This document shows, piece after piece, positions 14,144-26,437 of a stretch of 64,000 bases of DNA. The stretch covers positions 23,808,001 through 23,872,000 of the forward strand of contig JBHGNT010000001.1 of the NCBI GenBank assembly GCA_043228905.1, read 5' to 3'. Under the pieces are notes generated by a model. It saw only the letters and a list, made by a program, of their open reading frames with translations, was not told the origin of the DNA and ran no database searches. Both the position numbers and the translations under genes were made by a program. Origin of the DNA: Azolla caroliniana (taxonomy: Eukaryota; Plantae; Polypodiophyta). Position 1 is the first letter of the stretch; each line of letters opens with the position of its first letter.

Positions 14144-14943
14144 TGTCGTGCCTTTCGGCTCCGGATCGTTGCGTGAGTCGGGTGGGAACCACAGAGGTCT
14201 TGGACTAGGAGAAAGAAGTTCGTGAGATAGAGATTAATTATGAGTAAATAGCAAAGAGAAAGATAAGAAACTCGTGAATCACACGAGTATACTATATTAA
14301 TTGGTACTTAGGGTGTTAAGAGAGAAGTAGATGTATAAATCGTGAATCCCACGAATAATTTTTGTATTGATTAATATTTAATCCAAATAATCAACAAAAA
14401 CTACAATGTGCTCCCCATCCTTATATAGTGATGGGAGAGACTAAGCATAGCTACATGCTTTTTCTAATATGTTCATGCACACTAAATGTGCATGTGATGC
14501 TTTTCTAATCCTTGCTTTTATTTGCTAAATATAGTGCTCATGCACGCTAGATGTGCATGAGTCACTTTTTAGTTGCTTGCGTTTTTCTATAAAATATTCA
14601 CGCACTCTAAAAATGCATGATTTACCTTTTAATAAAGGTATGCATAAATAAAGGTCTTATACGTATTAAATCTATATTTAAAACACTTAAGATAAGTTAA
14701 TGTAATGGTAAGGTTGGGGTTTGTCAACGTGGAAGTGCAGAGTTTGAATCACGCCCTGCGTAGTAGTGAGTATTTCCTTTTTTTTTTTACATTTATGTCT
14801 CTTTATCCGGCTCTTCCTTGCCGGTATGCCGTTTTCCTCCTTGCCGGTATGCCGTTTTCTTCCGGTTCTCACCGAGCACTCCATTCTCTATCCGGAGGGA
14901 CAAAAATATAATTTCCACATAGTGTGCAACCTACACTACGACA
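14144..14943 (-). mobile_element. solo LTR (same family as 8259-9157)
   Basis: TGTCGT...ACGACA ends; 4-bp TSD ACGT (14140-14143 / 14944-14947); degenerate tRNA-like module at 14698-14756. Confidence 0.88.
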
Positions 14944-15453
14944 ACGTGTGGTTGATGACGTCAACCGGGTGCAAGTTGCTACTGAAGGATATCCTCAAAG
15001 TTCCGGAGGTTCGGCTGATCCTCATATCAACTGTTCGGCTAAATGATGAATGCTACATGGGTAGCATCTGGAATGGAGTCATGAAGTTTTGCAAAGGAAG
15101 TTTGATTGTGGCTCAAGCTCGGAAGATCAACACACTGTACTTGATGCATGCCCGGATCTGCCAAGAGGAAGTGAACGTGGCATCCAAAAATGCCGCTGAG
15201 TTGTGGCTCAAGAGGTTGTGCCACATGAGCCAGAAAGGGATGAGAAGACTTGCTGAAGATAACCTCATTCCGGAGGTGAAAGGCGTGCATCTTGAGAAGT
15301 GCACCGATTGCTTGGTCGACAAGCAGAACCAAACCTCTTTCCGGTCGAGACCACTGTCGAGATGGAATGCACCACTAGAACTTGTAAATACCGATGTATA
15401 CCAAGTGGACATGAAGTCACATGCTGGATCGTAGTACTTCGTGACATTCATAG

Positions 15454-15799
15454 TGTTGTTGGGGTGGGGGGTGAAACCTAGAATGGCTTCACCCCCCTCC
15501 CAAGGGGGTTACGTTAGAGAGAGAGCAAGAGAGAAAGACAAATTGAAAGTGACACAAAATGAGAGAGGAAAAATGTATATCTCATTACATACCCCATAGG
15601 GGGTTTATATAATACATCTAATGTAACAGTTACATGACCGTTATAAATAAGACCGTTACGCATTCTTGTACACATGCACATAATTGTGCATATGTCCATA
15701 CACATACTCATCCTCATACACTCATTTACTTTACACATACACATCAACCACATCATTACACATACCCTTATGCCTCCCTGTATATTCTTACGGGTAACA
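15454..15799 (-). mobile_element. solo LTR
   Basis: TGTT...AACA ends, 5-bp TSD CATAG; removal restores integrase VTFIDD. Confidence 0.85.
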
Positions 15800-17141
15800 C
15801 ATAGATGACGACAACCGAAAGCTATGGGTCTCACCGCTGAAGACGAAGGACTAGGTATTATCCATCTTCAAGGAATTCCACACGAGAGTGGAAAGAGAAA
15901 CCGACTGGAAGCTGAAGGCGGTTTGAGGAGACAATGGAGGAGAATACCGAGGGTAGTTCGAGGAGTACTACTGGTCGAAGGGAATCCGGCTTGAATTCAC
16001 CATGCCGAAGACACCGGAGCTAAACGAATTGGCCGAAAGGATGAACTGGACCTTAATGGAGAGAGTCCGAAGCATGCCGCCACATGCTAAACCTTCCAAG
16101 ACGTTTTGGGCTGAGGCGCGGATGACGGCAACGTACGTGATTAACATATCACCCTCAACACCCTTGGACAGAGACACACCACAAAGAGTATGGACTGGTA
16201 AAGAGGTGTCTTACCGGCATCTGAAAGTGTTCAATTGTCTTGCATACGTTGTCGTGAGGATTTTCGGCCATGGTGAGAAAACCAAGTGGGACGCATAAAA
16301 TGGGGATGTGCAACATTGCACATGCACTTGGAAGATTTGTAAAAGAAACAAATGTTAAAAAGGAAAGGTAAATGTAAGGTGTTAAAAGTGCATTACGAAG
16401 ATTCATAAAGTGTAAATGTGATGTCTTATGTGCACATGCACATGTAGACTAAAGAGAGAGTACATGAAGTACGAGTGTAGTGAGTAGTGGCCATAGTGTG
16501 TGTGAGGAGAGGGAGTTAAGGCTCCATCAATCTCTCTTCCTAAGATCAAGGCCAAATATTCTCCCATTGAAAGAAGGGGGGGTTGACCTCTTCTTTATGT
16601 AATTTGTCTCACCCCTTGCTACTATAAAAGGGAGTGAGAGGCCATTTTTGGGGGGGCTTCCACTTTTGGGTTTTCTTTGAGGAGTCGCCATTTTGTTGTT
16701 AGAGGTAGACCGTTAGGATTTTCTTTATCATCTTTTCCCCGATTTCATTTTAGGGTTTCGTTTTAGGTTCCCCTTTCGTATCATTTCCCCACCCTCGATT
16801 AGGGTTTAGTTCTTCTTCCTATTTGCTTGGGTTTTCTTCTCCCACCCTCGATTAGGGTTTAGTTCTTCTTCCTATTTGCTTGGGTTTTCTTCTATTTGTG
16901 CTTGAGTTCGGCTTATGGCCACGGTTGTAATCATATCATGGCTTTCATGCCTTATAGTGTAATTTGTTTGTTTAACCTTGTCTTGATCTATTTCTCGACC
17001 GTGTTAATCTCTTCTTCTTTCTCCTCCCTTTTTGAGCTCAACGGTCGTAAGGGATAAGCTCCCATTTCCCGTCTATTCCCTAGTCCAAGACCCCCATGGT
17101 CCCGCCCAAGCCGACACATACTCGTGGATTTCCGCGACATT

Positions 17142-17159
17142 TGGTGAACCCGACGTGAA
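17142..17159 (+). promoter_or_regulatory. primer-binding site complementary to the tRNA-Trp 3' end
   Basis: Reverse complement TTCACGTCGGGTTCACCA matches the plant tRNA-Trp 3' end as recalled. Confidence 0.8.
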
Positions 17160-17180
17160 GGGTGGCAAGGGAGGACGAGG

Positions 17181-17981
17181 ATGGAAGCTTCATTGGAGGC
17201 ATACATGTACAAGAAATCGGAGGGGAGAAGTCGGCATGAGTTCGATCGATGGGTGGCGTTGGTGAAGGCCCATCGAAGCGTGATGGAAACATTCCAAGAG
17301 TTCGTGTGTTGTTTTGCTCAACTCTCAGAGCGGGATTGGAGATCGGTGGGGGTGGACAAAGTCCTCCTATTTTTGAAGACGGTCCATTGGGAGGAAAGGA
17401 TGGACATTTTATTCGAGCTCAAAGATGATCATGGAGCACACGGCCTCACTGATGATTGGTCCGAAGTGGAGTGGGTATGCCAGCAACACGCTGAGAAGCG
17501 GTCGGCCACAACATGTCCCGCGAGCGGTGGAGAAGAGAGGGTGGTGAGTGACTACGCACTATCTCCGGAAGAGAGCTCAACGCGTAATGGTTCGGAGGAG
17601 TTCGACCTAGAAGCATTGATACGAGAGGCGTACGAGATCGTGAAGTCAAAGATCGAAGCCGAAGAGGGGTTTATTAAGGAGCCGGGCCCGAGAGGATCAG
17701 AGAATGCGGAGGTAGACGCCTCCCTACGCATGGAGGACGGGGCCTATGTGGAGGCCGAAAGAACGTACGACATCGACATGGGAGAGGGTGCGGAGCGAGT
17801 GACCCTCTCGTCTTGCGGAAAAGGGACGACCATGGAGAAGGCCGAAGACTACGGAGCGGGGAGCGCCACTTCGAGAGTGGGCGGAAGTTTCGGGACACGG
17901 TTGCCCGAAACATCGATCGGGGAGGAAGCAAGCGTAATCGAGGATTGCGCAATTGGGGATGGGGTAGTCACGGAGCCATGA
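17181..17981 (+). CDS. gag: truncated gag-like protein with acidic tail
   Basis: DKVLLFLKTV...LKDDHGAHGLTDDWSEV parallels KVALFLQAV...EDGITADWNEV in the gag at 52414-53469. Confidence 0.65.
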   Translation: MEASLEAYMYKKSEGRSRHEFDRWVALVKAHRSVMETFQEFVCCFAQLSERDWRSVGVDKVLLFLKTVHWEERMDILFELKDDHGAHGLTDDWSEVEWVCQQHAEKRSATTCPASGGEERVVSDYALSPEESSTRNGSEEFDLEALIREAYEIVKSKIEAEEGFIKEPGPRGSENAEVDASLRMEDGAYVEAERTYDIDMGEGAERVTLSSCGKGTTMEKAEDYGAGSATSRVGGSFGTRLPETSIGEEASVIEDCAIGDGVVTEP

Positions 17982-20900
17982 CGAGCGGTGGTGTCGGGAC
18001 CTTGCTCACACCAGTTCTTGAGACTTTGGCGGTCGGCCACAAGGGCCCACGTGAGACCAGAGAGACGGACGGTGGCGGCGGCAAGGCGGACGACCAAGGC
18101 GACGACAAGACGAAGGACGAATATTGGACCGGACGGAGGCGAGACCCCTCGACATTGGTGCCGGAGGGGCGGTGAGGTGTCAAGATCGACGGTTTGGTGG
18201 GGGTGGATGTCGTGAGCATTTTCGGCCATGGTGAGAAAACCATGTGGGATGGATAAAATGGGGATGTGCAACATTGCACATGCACTTGAAAGATTTGTAA
18301 AAGAAACAAATGTTAAAAAGGAAGGGTAAATGTAAGGTGTTAAAAGTGCATTACAAAGATTCATAAAGTGTAAATGTGATGTGCACTTATGTGCACATGC
18401 ACATGTAGACTAAAGTGAGAGTACATGGAGTATGAGTGTAGTGAGTAGTGGGCATAGTGTGTGTGTGAGGAGAGGGAGTTAAGGCTCCATCAATCTCTCT
18501 TCCTAAGATCAAGGCCAAATATTCCCCCATTGAAAGAAGGGGGGGTTGACCTCTTCCTTATTAATGTGCCTCACCCCTTACTACTATAAAAGGGAGTGAG
18601 GGGCCATTTTTGGGGGGGCTTCCACTTTTGGGTTTTCTTTGGGGAGTCACCATTTTGTCATTAGAGGTAAACCGTTAGGATTTTCTTCATCATCTTTTCC
18701 CTGATTTCGTTTTAGGGTTTCGATTTTAGGTTCCCCTTTCGTATCATTTCTCCTCTCTCGATTAGGGTTTAGTTCTTCTTCCTATTTGCTTGGGTTTTCT
18801 TCTATTTGTGCTTGAGTCCGGCTTATGGTCGCGGTTGTAATCATATCATGGCTTTCATGCCTTATAGTATAATTTGCTTGTTTAATCTTGTTGTTACGGG
18901 CATGACCATATAATATCCCGTGGTGAGAATTTACTGTAGTATTCTATACATGTGGATAAGTGTGAGGGTTAAATGAGAGTGTAAAGAAGGGGAGGATTAC
19001 TTTTAATCCTTGGGATTGAGACAACCCATTAGGCCAAGTGTGAACTTGCATGGGGGCCTTGGGTATTGCTATAAATAAGAGGCCTAACTACCCTCATTTC
19101 ATCATCTTTTGACTATGTCGAGACTCTGTTTCATGGTGGTTAAACACTTGTAGCGAGCGCGCCAACACCAGGTACGACTCGACGCCACGACGGTGGTATG
19201 GACGCTGATCGAGGCTCGATTCTGTCTCGATCCCTTCGCTCGGGGGTGGTCGGGTGGATCGACACCCTTCTTTCTCTCTCTCCTTTCAATCAATCAATCA
19301 ATCATTCTTTTATCCTTATCATATGCTTACATTAGGGCATATCTCTAATAGTTGGTTTCAGAGCTCATGTTCTAATGTTTCTTTTGTTGTCTTTTTTCTT
19401 CTTGATTGATGGTAATCGATCGATGTGCGGTCGGCCTTGATCCAAACAACGATCAATAAAGGAACTTCGGTAATCTTTCTTGTTTTTTTTTTTCTATTTT
19501 TTCTTCTCCCTTCTAATCATGTATATGGTCATATGTAATTTTTTTTTCATTAATTCAATGATGTTGTAGTGGTAATTAATTGGTTATATAAAACGTTTAC
19601 ATATGTGCACGAGGTCAATGCCTCATTTGTATGTGATTAGTGTGGTATGTGTACGACCTCAATTATGTATTACGTTCACAAAGATATGTTACGTTTGTGT
19701 ATGAGGTCATTACCTTGATTTGTATGTAAATGATATGCGTTTGGTGTCGTATGTGTATGAGGTCAATACCTCAATTGTGTATTACGATTAACCCTTATTT
19801 TTAGATGTTTCGTGTGCATAGAGGGTATATGCCTCGATTACGTATCTCGATTACATCATTTTTGGCTATTTTATATTACGATTTCTTTTATATATGCATA
19901 TGTGGTCACGTGTATACGTATTTGATCGTATATATGTGATAATATATATATGTGTATATAAGTTATTACGTGATTTCAATATCGAATATTTTCCTTTTCA
20001 GGGAAAGGATCTTGGTGGCTGTCCTCACATTTTTGTGAGAATGGCGTTGTCAACATCCCTTTTTCAACAAATTTTTATTGTTGCATCCCCGTTGGTGACT
20101 TCAATTTCGTTACGTAATGAAACAATATTAGCCACAATGGTGTTGAGAACATAGGGCTTGACCCACTTGATGTGAGGTCGTTCTTATGATACACATATCC
20201 AACATCCCTCCCTCATTACATAGATACGATGCCACCATGAGCTCATTCGTACGAAAGGCATTCGTAATGACGTAACCATGTGATGGGCCACATGGGCCTA
20301 CTACGAAAACATGACTCATTTGGCTTGACCATTTGGTTGCACTTTGGCGTATGCCATCGTAATTACGAGACTTGAGGTTAGGTAATGTACCAACAAAGTT
20401 TGTGGTTAACGAGGGGGAAATAAGGATGCTTGACATATATGTTTCTTTTCAAAAAAAATAAAAAATGGGCAAATGCCTCGCATATATCTTATACGCATTA
20501 AATATTAAACATTCAAGAAGAGCAACCTACTTGCTTGGCTCAGGTGTTTAATGCATTTGTTCTCGAGGTCTCAAAAATAATCATCCTATTTCTTTGCCAG
20601 AAATAATCATTCAATGGCTCAAAATAACGACCCGATGTCATCTGCTCAAGCGGAAGGAACTCAAGGAAATCCTCTTGGACAAATGTCCATTGAGATGTAT
20701 TTTTCACAAATAAGCCAATACCTTAGTTTCACCGCTCAACAGATGACCAAACTTCGATAATCTTAAAGTGCTCTCGGGGCACGTGTCATTAGTTTACAAT
20801 GTGAAACTAATAGACTTGATGAGCGACAGGGTGAACCATCGTTTATCGTTAACCCATTTACGGGAGAAAAAAAGGAAAGAACCAAAGAAGCAATCTGCAC

Positions 20901-23900
20901 GTGGCTGGGTTGATGGGAGTCTCATTTTGAGCTCTATCCCACGCTAGACAGTACGAAGATTGCATATGTTAGCTGAGAACTAGGGGGTAAGGCCGCCACC
21001 TGGTGGCATGGGCTCCGAACTTTGGGGAAATTGCCCGATATCTGGACAGATTTTGTCACAGTTTTTAAGGGCCAATTTCTACAACCTCCCTCTTGAACCG
21101 AGGCAGCTCAAGCTTTAATGAACCTCTCTAGCATGAAATTTTCTTCGCTAGAAGACTATGTCCACCATGCTAGAACCCAAATCCAAAAATTGGGTCTAGA
21201 AGGGGACAATTGGTTAATAGCTTGTTTTGTCAATGGCATCCCCAATTCGGACTATCACTGGATAATGCACGATAAGGATCCAAAATCCTTTGAAGGGGCC
21301 ATTGAAATAGTTCTTCGCTATCAACGCACTTGGAAAAAGGACCACAACAAACCCAACGAAGCGCTTGGGACTAAGCAGTCGCAATTCACTTGGAAACGCA
21401 AGATACCCAACGAATTCAAGGATCGCGATTGTAAGCGACAACATCCTTTTTGCGTATTCTGCAAAAAGAAGGGTCATACAAAAGAGCAATGTCGAAAGCT
21501 CCAACGGAAAGAGCACGATAGCAAAGCTAAAGCTGCAAACCATAAAGGTCAAATTCCTAATGTCCTTCAGGTCTATACACATCATTTAAGTAATTGTCAA
21601 TGTTCTTTTCCTCACTATGTATTGGGTCCCAATGATTTACTACGTGCAAACGGGTATATCAATGGATCTCCCGTACAATTTTTGTTTGATTCGGGAAGCT
21701 CACACAACTTTGTGAATGATTGTTTGGTTCAAATATGGGGAATCCAACCCACCGTAAGTGATCACACCTATACGGTGCACTTGGCTGATGGAAGAGTACA
21801 ATACATCAACAGGGCAATTCATTCATTAAGAATTTCTATTGATACTTATATAGAGGAAGTAGACTTCCATGTAATGAATCTTTGTACCACTGATGTAATA
21901 CTAGGTTATCCCTGGTTCTATAATAAAAACTCTTCTTTATCTATTGATTGGGTTCATCATTCAATAACTTTTGTACTAAACCATTAAACTCATTTTATCA
22001 ATGTGTAAAAAAACAATCCCTCTCGATTGTTTCCTCTCCATCAATATCTGAGTTGTCTTGTTCTACTCTATTTTATTGTGTACTTGATCCAGACATTCAC
22101 GTTTACAATATCGATAATGTCTCGGTTCAATTAACATATTTTGAACAACAACTTGATGAAATCTTAAATGATTTTAGTGATGTTTTTCTGAGTTAACTAC
22201 CAGATGGGTTACTTCCTAAATGTAATATAGACCATCGTATAGATATTGTACCTGGCGTTGCACCAATAAGTATACCCCCTTATTGCTAAAGTCGATCCGA
22301 AGAGGATGAGGTATCTAAGCAACTTAAGGGCTATTTATGAATGGGTTATATATGTTATAGTAAATCTCCATGGGGTGCACCAGTACTCTTGGTTAAAAAG
22401 AAAGACGGCACATGGTGTATGTGTATTAATTACCGACGCTTGAATAAAGTGACGATCAAGAATTCATATCCATTGCCTCGGGCTGACGATCTAATTGACC
22501 GTCTCCATGGAGCTCAGTATTTTACGAAACTTGATCTCCATACTGGCTACCATCAAATTCGTATAAGTGAGGACGATGTTCCTAAAATGGCATTTCGTAT
22601 GCGCTATGGCCGTTATGAGTTTTTGGTTATGCCTTTTGGTTTGACCAATGATCCGACTACATTTCAACAAGAAATGAATGACATTTTCTGAGAACAACTC
22701 GAAAATTTGTCATTATTTTCTTGGATGATATTTTAGTTTATAGATGTACATTGCAAGAATATGCTAAACATGTCCGCTTTGTTTTACAAACATTGTGTGA
22801 CAAATAGTTTTATGCGAAGATCTCAAAATGTGAGGTCTTCAAGAAATCAATTACTTATCTTGGACATCTCATAACCGAACAAGGAGTTGAAATTGATCCT
22901 TCTCGCATCGAGAAAATCAAGCTTTGGCCCACTCTTTGGAATATTCGAGAAGTTAGATCATTCCTTGGTTTTGTCGGGTTTTTGCGAAAATCCCTTCGTA
23001 ATTACTCCCAATTGATGACGCCGTTTACTGATCTTCTAAAAGGTCAAACGAATAAGTCTACAAAACCTATTGTTTGGAATGCTACACTAGACCTCGCCTT
23101 TAAGGAACTCAAGGACTTGGTGTGCAAGGCTCCTTCACTTCTTTTACCCGATCCTTCAAAACCTTTTGAGGTTGAAACCGATGCAAGCGATTATGCTATA
23201 GGTGCTATCTTATATCAAGATGGTAAACCAATAGTATTCGAGAACTTAAGAAACTTGATTCTGCTTAATGTCGGAATACCATTCAAGAAAAGGAATTATT
23301 TGCAGTTATACATGCGCTCAAAACATGACGCCATTATCTTTATGGAAATCGCTTTGTGGTAACTACGGACCACGAGTCCTTGAAATATTTTTGTGACCAA
23401 CAAGACTTGAAAGGTCATAAGGCACGATGGGGTGATCTCATCCAGGACTTTTATTTTTCCATACGATATCGTAAAGGTTCCATGAACACTGTCACTGATA
23501 CATTAAGTCGCATCCGTGAAGTTAACATGCTTAGCTTCACTGAAATAACATCAGATCTTTATGATCACCTTCGAGGAAAGTATCTTGATGACAGTTATTT
23601 TGCGAAATACTGGGCAAGAGTTGAATCTAGAACAGACACCACCACATCCTCGAAGGAATACTTCCACATTGCTAACGGTTTGCTCTAGCGTAATGGGAAG
23701 GTTTGTGTTCTAGATTTTCCTGAGGTCAAAAAGAAAATTCTTTTTGAATGCCATGATGCACCCTCTACGGGGCACCTTGGAATACATCGTACACTCGTTC
23801 TCATCTCCACTCAATTCTACTGCCCTAAGATGCGTCCTGACATACATAGCTATGTGACTAAATGTCACCAATGTCAGGTTAACAAAGCCGAACGACTTAA

Positions 23901-24324
23901 AGTCGTAGGACTTTTACATCCCTTGGACATTCCCAACAATAAGTGGGAAAGTATATCCATGGATTTTATTGTTAGCCTTCCTCACACCTAAAAAGGCCAT
24001 GATGCCATCTAGGTTGTGGTTGATAGACTAACTAAAATGGCCAGATTTATTGCTACTAAAACCACGGTAACAACTTCCGAATTGGCTTACTAATTAGTTG
24101 ACGAGTTATTTCGTTTTTATGGGTGACCGATGGATATCGTGAGTGATCGAGATCCAAAGTTTACTAGTGACTTCTGGACGCAAGTCTTTAAGAAGTTAGA
24201 AACTACATTGAGCATGAGCTCCATGGATCATCCTCAATTCGATGGACAGATAGAACGAGTAAATCAAATAATTGGGGACATGCTTCAAGCATACGTCGGT
24301 ACAAAACCAACAATATGGGAACGT

Positions 24325-24971
24325 TGTCATGATGTGGCATGTCTAGTGCAAGAAAAAGTCAAAAATTGAGGATCCACACATATTTCACGAGTACTTGTAA
24401 AAAAAAAAAAAAAAACCTAGGTCACAATGGCATTGAGTGCATGTAGAGGGTTGCAGGTAGGATTTGAACCTTGCACCTCTAAGATAAGAGGCAATTACCT
24501 TACCACTAAAGCTACTACTAAGTGCTTTAGATGTTCTATATTTCTTTCTCATATTCAGTATTCCGTAGGAAACAAACGTACAAAACCGTGTACACAAAAC
24601 CACGGTTTTAAGCCCATGGTTTTCTGTATGTCACAAAGCAAAACTGTGTGCATAGAAACCATGGCTCCAAGCCCATGGTTTTGTGCATGGACAAACCTAT
24701 AAAACCCCTAGTACGGCTTGTGTAAAGGGGGGGGGCTCGATAGGTGAAATCACCACCATCATCATCATCAATAATATAATATTCTTTTTGACATCTATCT
24801 TCTTCTTGAGTGTACAAATATTTGTTCTTTTCAAATGTGATATTGGTTTCCTAACTCGTACATACGCATCGTCGTCTTAATCTCCACTTCCTCACCTCTT
24901 CTGTCTCCTTGGTTCGTGGCCCTGGTGGTCCCTCTCAAGCGAAGCACGCACACACGCGCATCTTCGCGACA
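24325..24971 (+). mobile_element. solo LTR (TGTC..GACA group)
   Basis: TSD ACGT/ACTT; removal restores integrase WERYLPILEFAYN; TATA at ~24698. Confidence 0.82.
24456..24515 (-). other. tRNA-like A-box/B-box module inside an LTR
   Basis: Revcomp GTAGCTTTAGTGGTAAGG...GCAAGGTTCAAATCCTAC; spacing 44 nt. Confidence 0.65.
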
Positions 24972-26127
24972 ACTTTATCTCCCAATTTTGGAGTTTGCTT
25001 ATAATAGCTCTAAGCATACATCGACGAGATATAGTCCTTTTATGTTGATGTATGGTTTTCAGCCACGAGCCCCGATTGATGTTAATATACATCATGATTA
25101 GTTGCGAAGTATGCAAAAATTTCTTTGGGATATGCAAGATATGTTGCATATTGCACGAGATAATATAAAAACAGCTCAAGATAGAGCACGTTTTTATGCC
25201 GATCATCATAGGCAACCTCACGTATTCAACCCTGGATAGAAGGTATTTTTACGTGTACCTTACAATTCTAAGACATTGTCTAAGGGTAAGTGCGCTAAGT
25301 TAGCCCCACGGTTTTGTGGACCTTTTACAGTCCTCAAACGCATTGGGTCATCAGCCTATCCTCTCGCTCTTCCCGATGGTGTTAAAATTCATCCAGTTTT
25401 TCATTTGAGTCATCTAAAAGAACTTCTAGGTTATAGCGACAATACAGTTACAACTGAAACTCTAGTTACTTCTGAAGAATTATTTTCTAAACGACATGTA
25501 CTAGAAAGAATTCTCGATGTTAAAACAAAAAAATTATGTACTAAGGAAATCCGAGAATTTAAAATAAAATGGATGGATAAATCAATAAAAGATGCCCCAT
25601 GGGAACACGAAAATTCTCTCAGAACTAACTTCCCTAACTTTCCATTGCAAGAGTGCAATGTTTTAAAGAGGGGGAGTATGTTACGGGCATGACCATATAA
25701 TATCCCGTGGTGAGAATTTACCGTAGTATTCTATACACGTGGATAAGTGTGAGGGTTAAACGAGAGTGTAAAGAAGGGGATGATTACTTTTAATCATTGG
25801 GATTGAGACAACCCATTAGGCCAAGTGTGAACGTGCTTGGGGGCCTTGGGTATCACTATAAATAAGAGGCCTAGCTACCCTCATTTCATCATCTTTTGAC
25901 TACATCGAGACTCTGTTTCGTGGTGGTTCAACTCTTGTAGCGAGCGCGCCAGCACTAGGTACGACTCGACGCCACAATGGTGGTATGGGACACCGATCGA
26001 GGCTCGAGTCCATCTTGATCCCTTCGCTCGGGGGTGGTCGGGTGGATCGACACCCTTCTTTTTCTCTCTCCTTTCTATCTATCTATCTATCATTCTTTTA
26101 TCCTTATCATATGCTTACATTAGGGCA

Positions 26128-26437
26128 GCAGACGACAATATACCTAGTAAATCTTTCGTAGTCGAAAGCAATCAGGCTCAAAGTGCCACAGGCACTATGG
26201 TCAGGCAAATAGCCGACCTTTGATAAGGCGTGTATTTGGATGCGAAGCCTATGCATTCATCCCAGGGAGAAAAGGACCAAGTTGGCACCCCATGCAACAA
26301 AATGCATATTTCTCAATTATGGAACCGATGGGGACTTCGACTACCGTCTATGGGATCCAAAGAACCGGAAACTGATCCGGAGCAGTGACGTAGTCTTCAA
26401 TGAAGACTCTATCTTCTCTCAACGGAACTAGCAGAAG
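26128..26437 (+). pseudogene. pol: copia integrase fragment (probably continues at 58531)
   Basis: TTIYLVN...VPQALWSGK...FGCEAYAFIPREKRTKLAPHATKCIFLNYG. Confidence 0.8.

Larger units (their letters stand above)
12751..16249 (+). mobile_element. Ty1/copia element (family A), 5' half only
   Basis: LTR 12751-13081 (related to 27968), PBS TGGTATCAAAGC at 13084, then gag, protease and integrase. 3' part not found. Confidence 0.85.
13118..16249 (+). pseudogene. gag-pol: copia gag-protease-integrase, interrupted by two solo LTRs
   Basis: KLTGSNYPVWK; WVVDSGVSFH; LWLKRLCHMS; VTFI|DD; TPELNELAERMN. Confidence 0.88.
16250..18891 (+). mobile_element. gag-only gypsy-type LTR element (TR-GAG-like), tRNA-Trp primed
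   Basis: 5' LTR 16250-17139; PBS TGGTGAACCCGACGTGAA; PPT-like GGTGGGGGTGGA before the 3' LTR at 18208, which is cut at 18891. Left flank ACGT. Confidence 0.85.
20614..25692 (+). pseudogene. gag-pol: gypsy gag-pol with C-terminal chromodomain
   Basis: CVFCKKKGHTKEQC; LFDSGSSHNF; [12 protein letters not shown]; ETDASDYAIG; IVSDRDPKFTS; KLAPRFCGPF; ERILDVK...IKW...PWE. Confidence 0.92.
18892..26127 (+). mobile_element. Ty3/gypsy chromovirus, Met-primed
   Basis: LTRs 18892-19350 and 25679-26127 (last ~11 nt missing); PBS TGGTTTCAGAGC at 19353; PPT AAAGAGGGGGAG. Confidence 0.92.

Noticed and set aside
18990-19040. A-box-like TGGCCTAATGG antisense in the Met-primed chromovirus LTR
   Set aside because: No recognisable B-box at tRNA spacing, so it is not counted with the tRNA-like modules.
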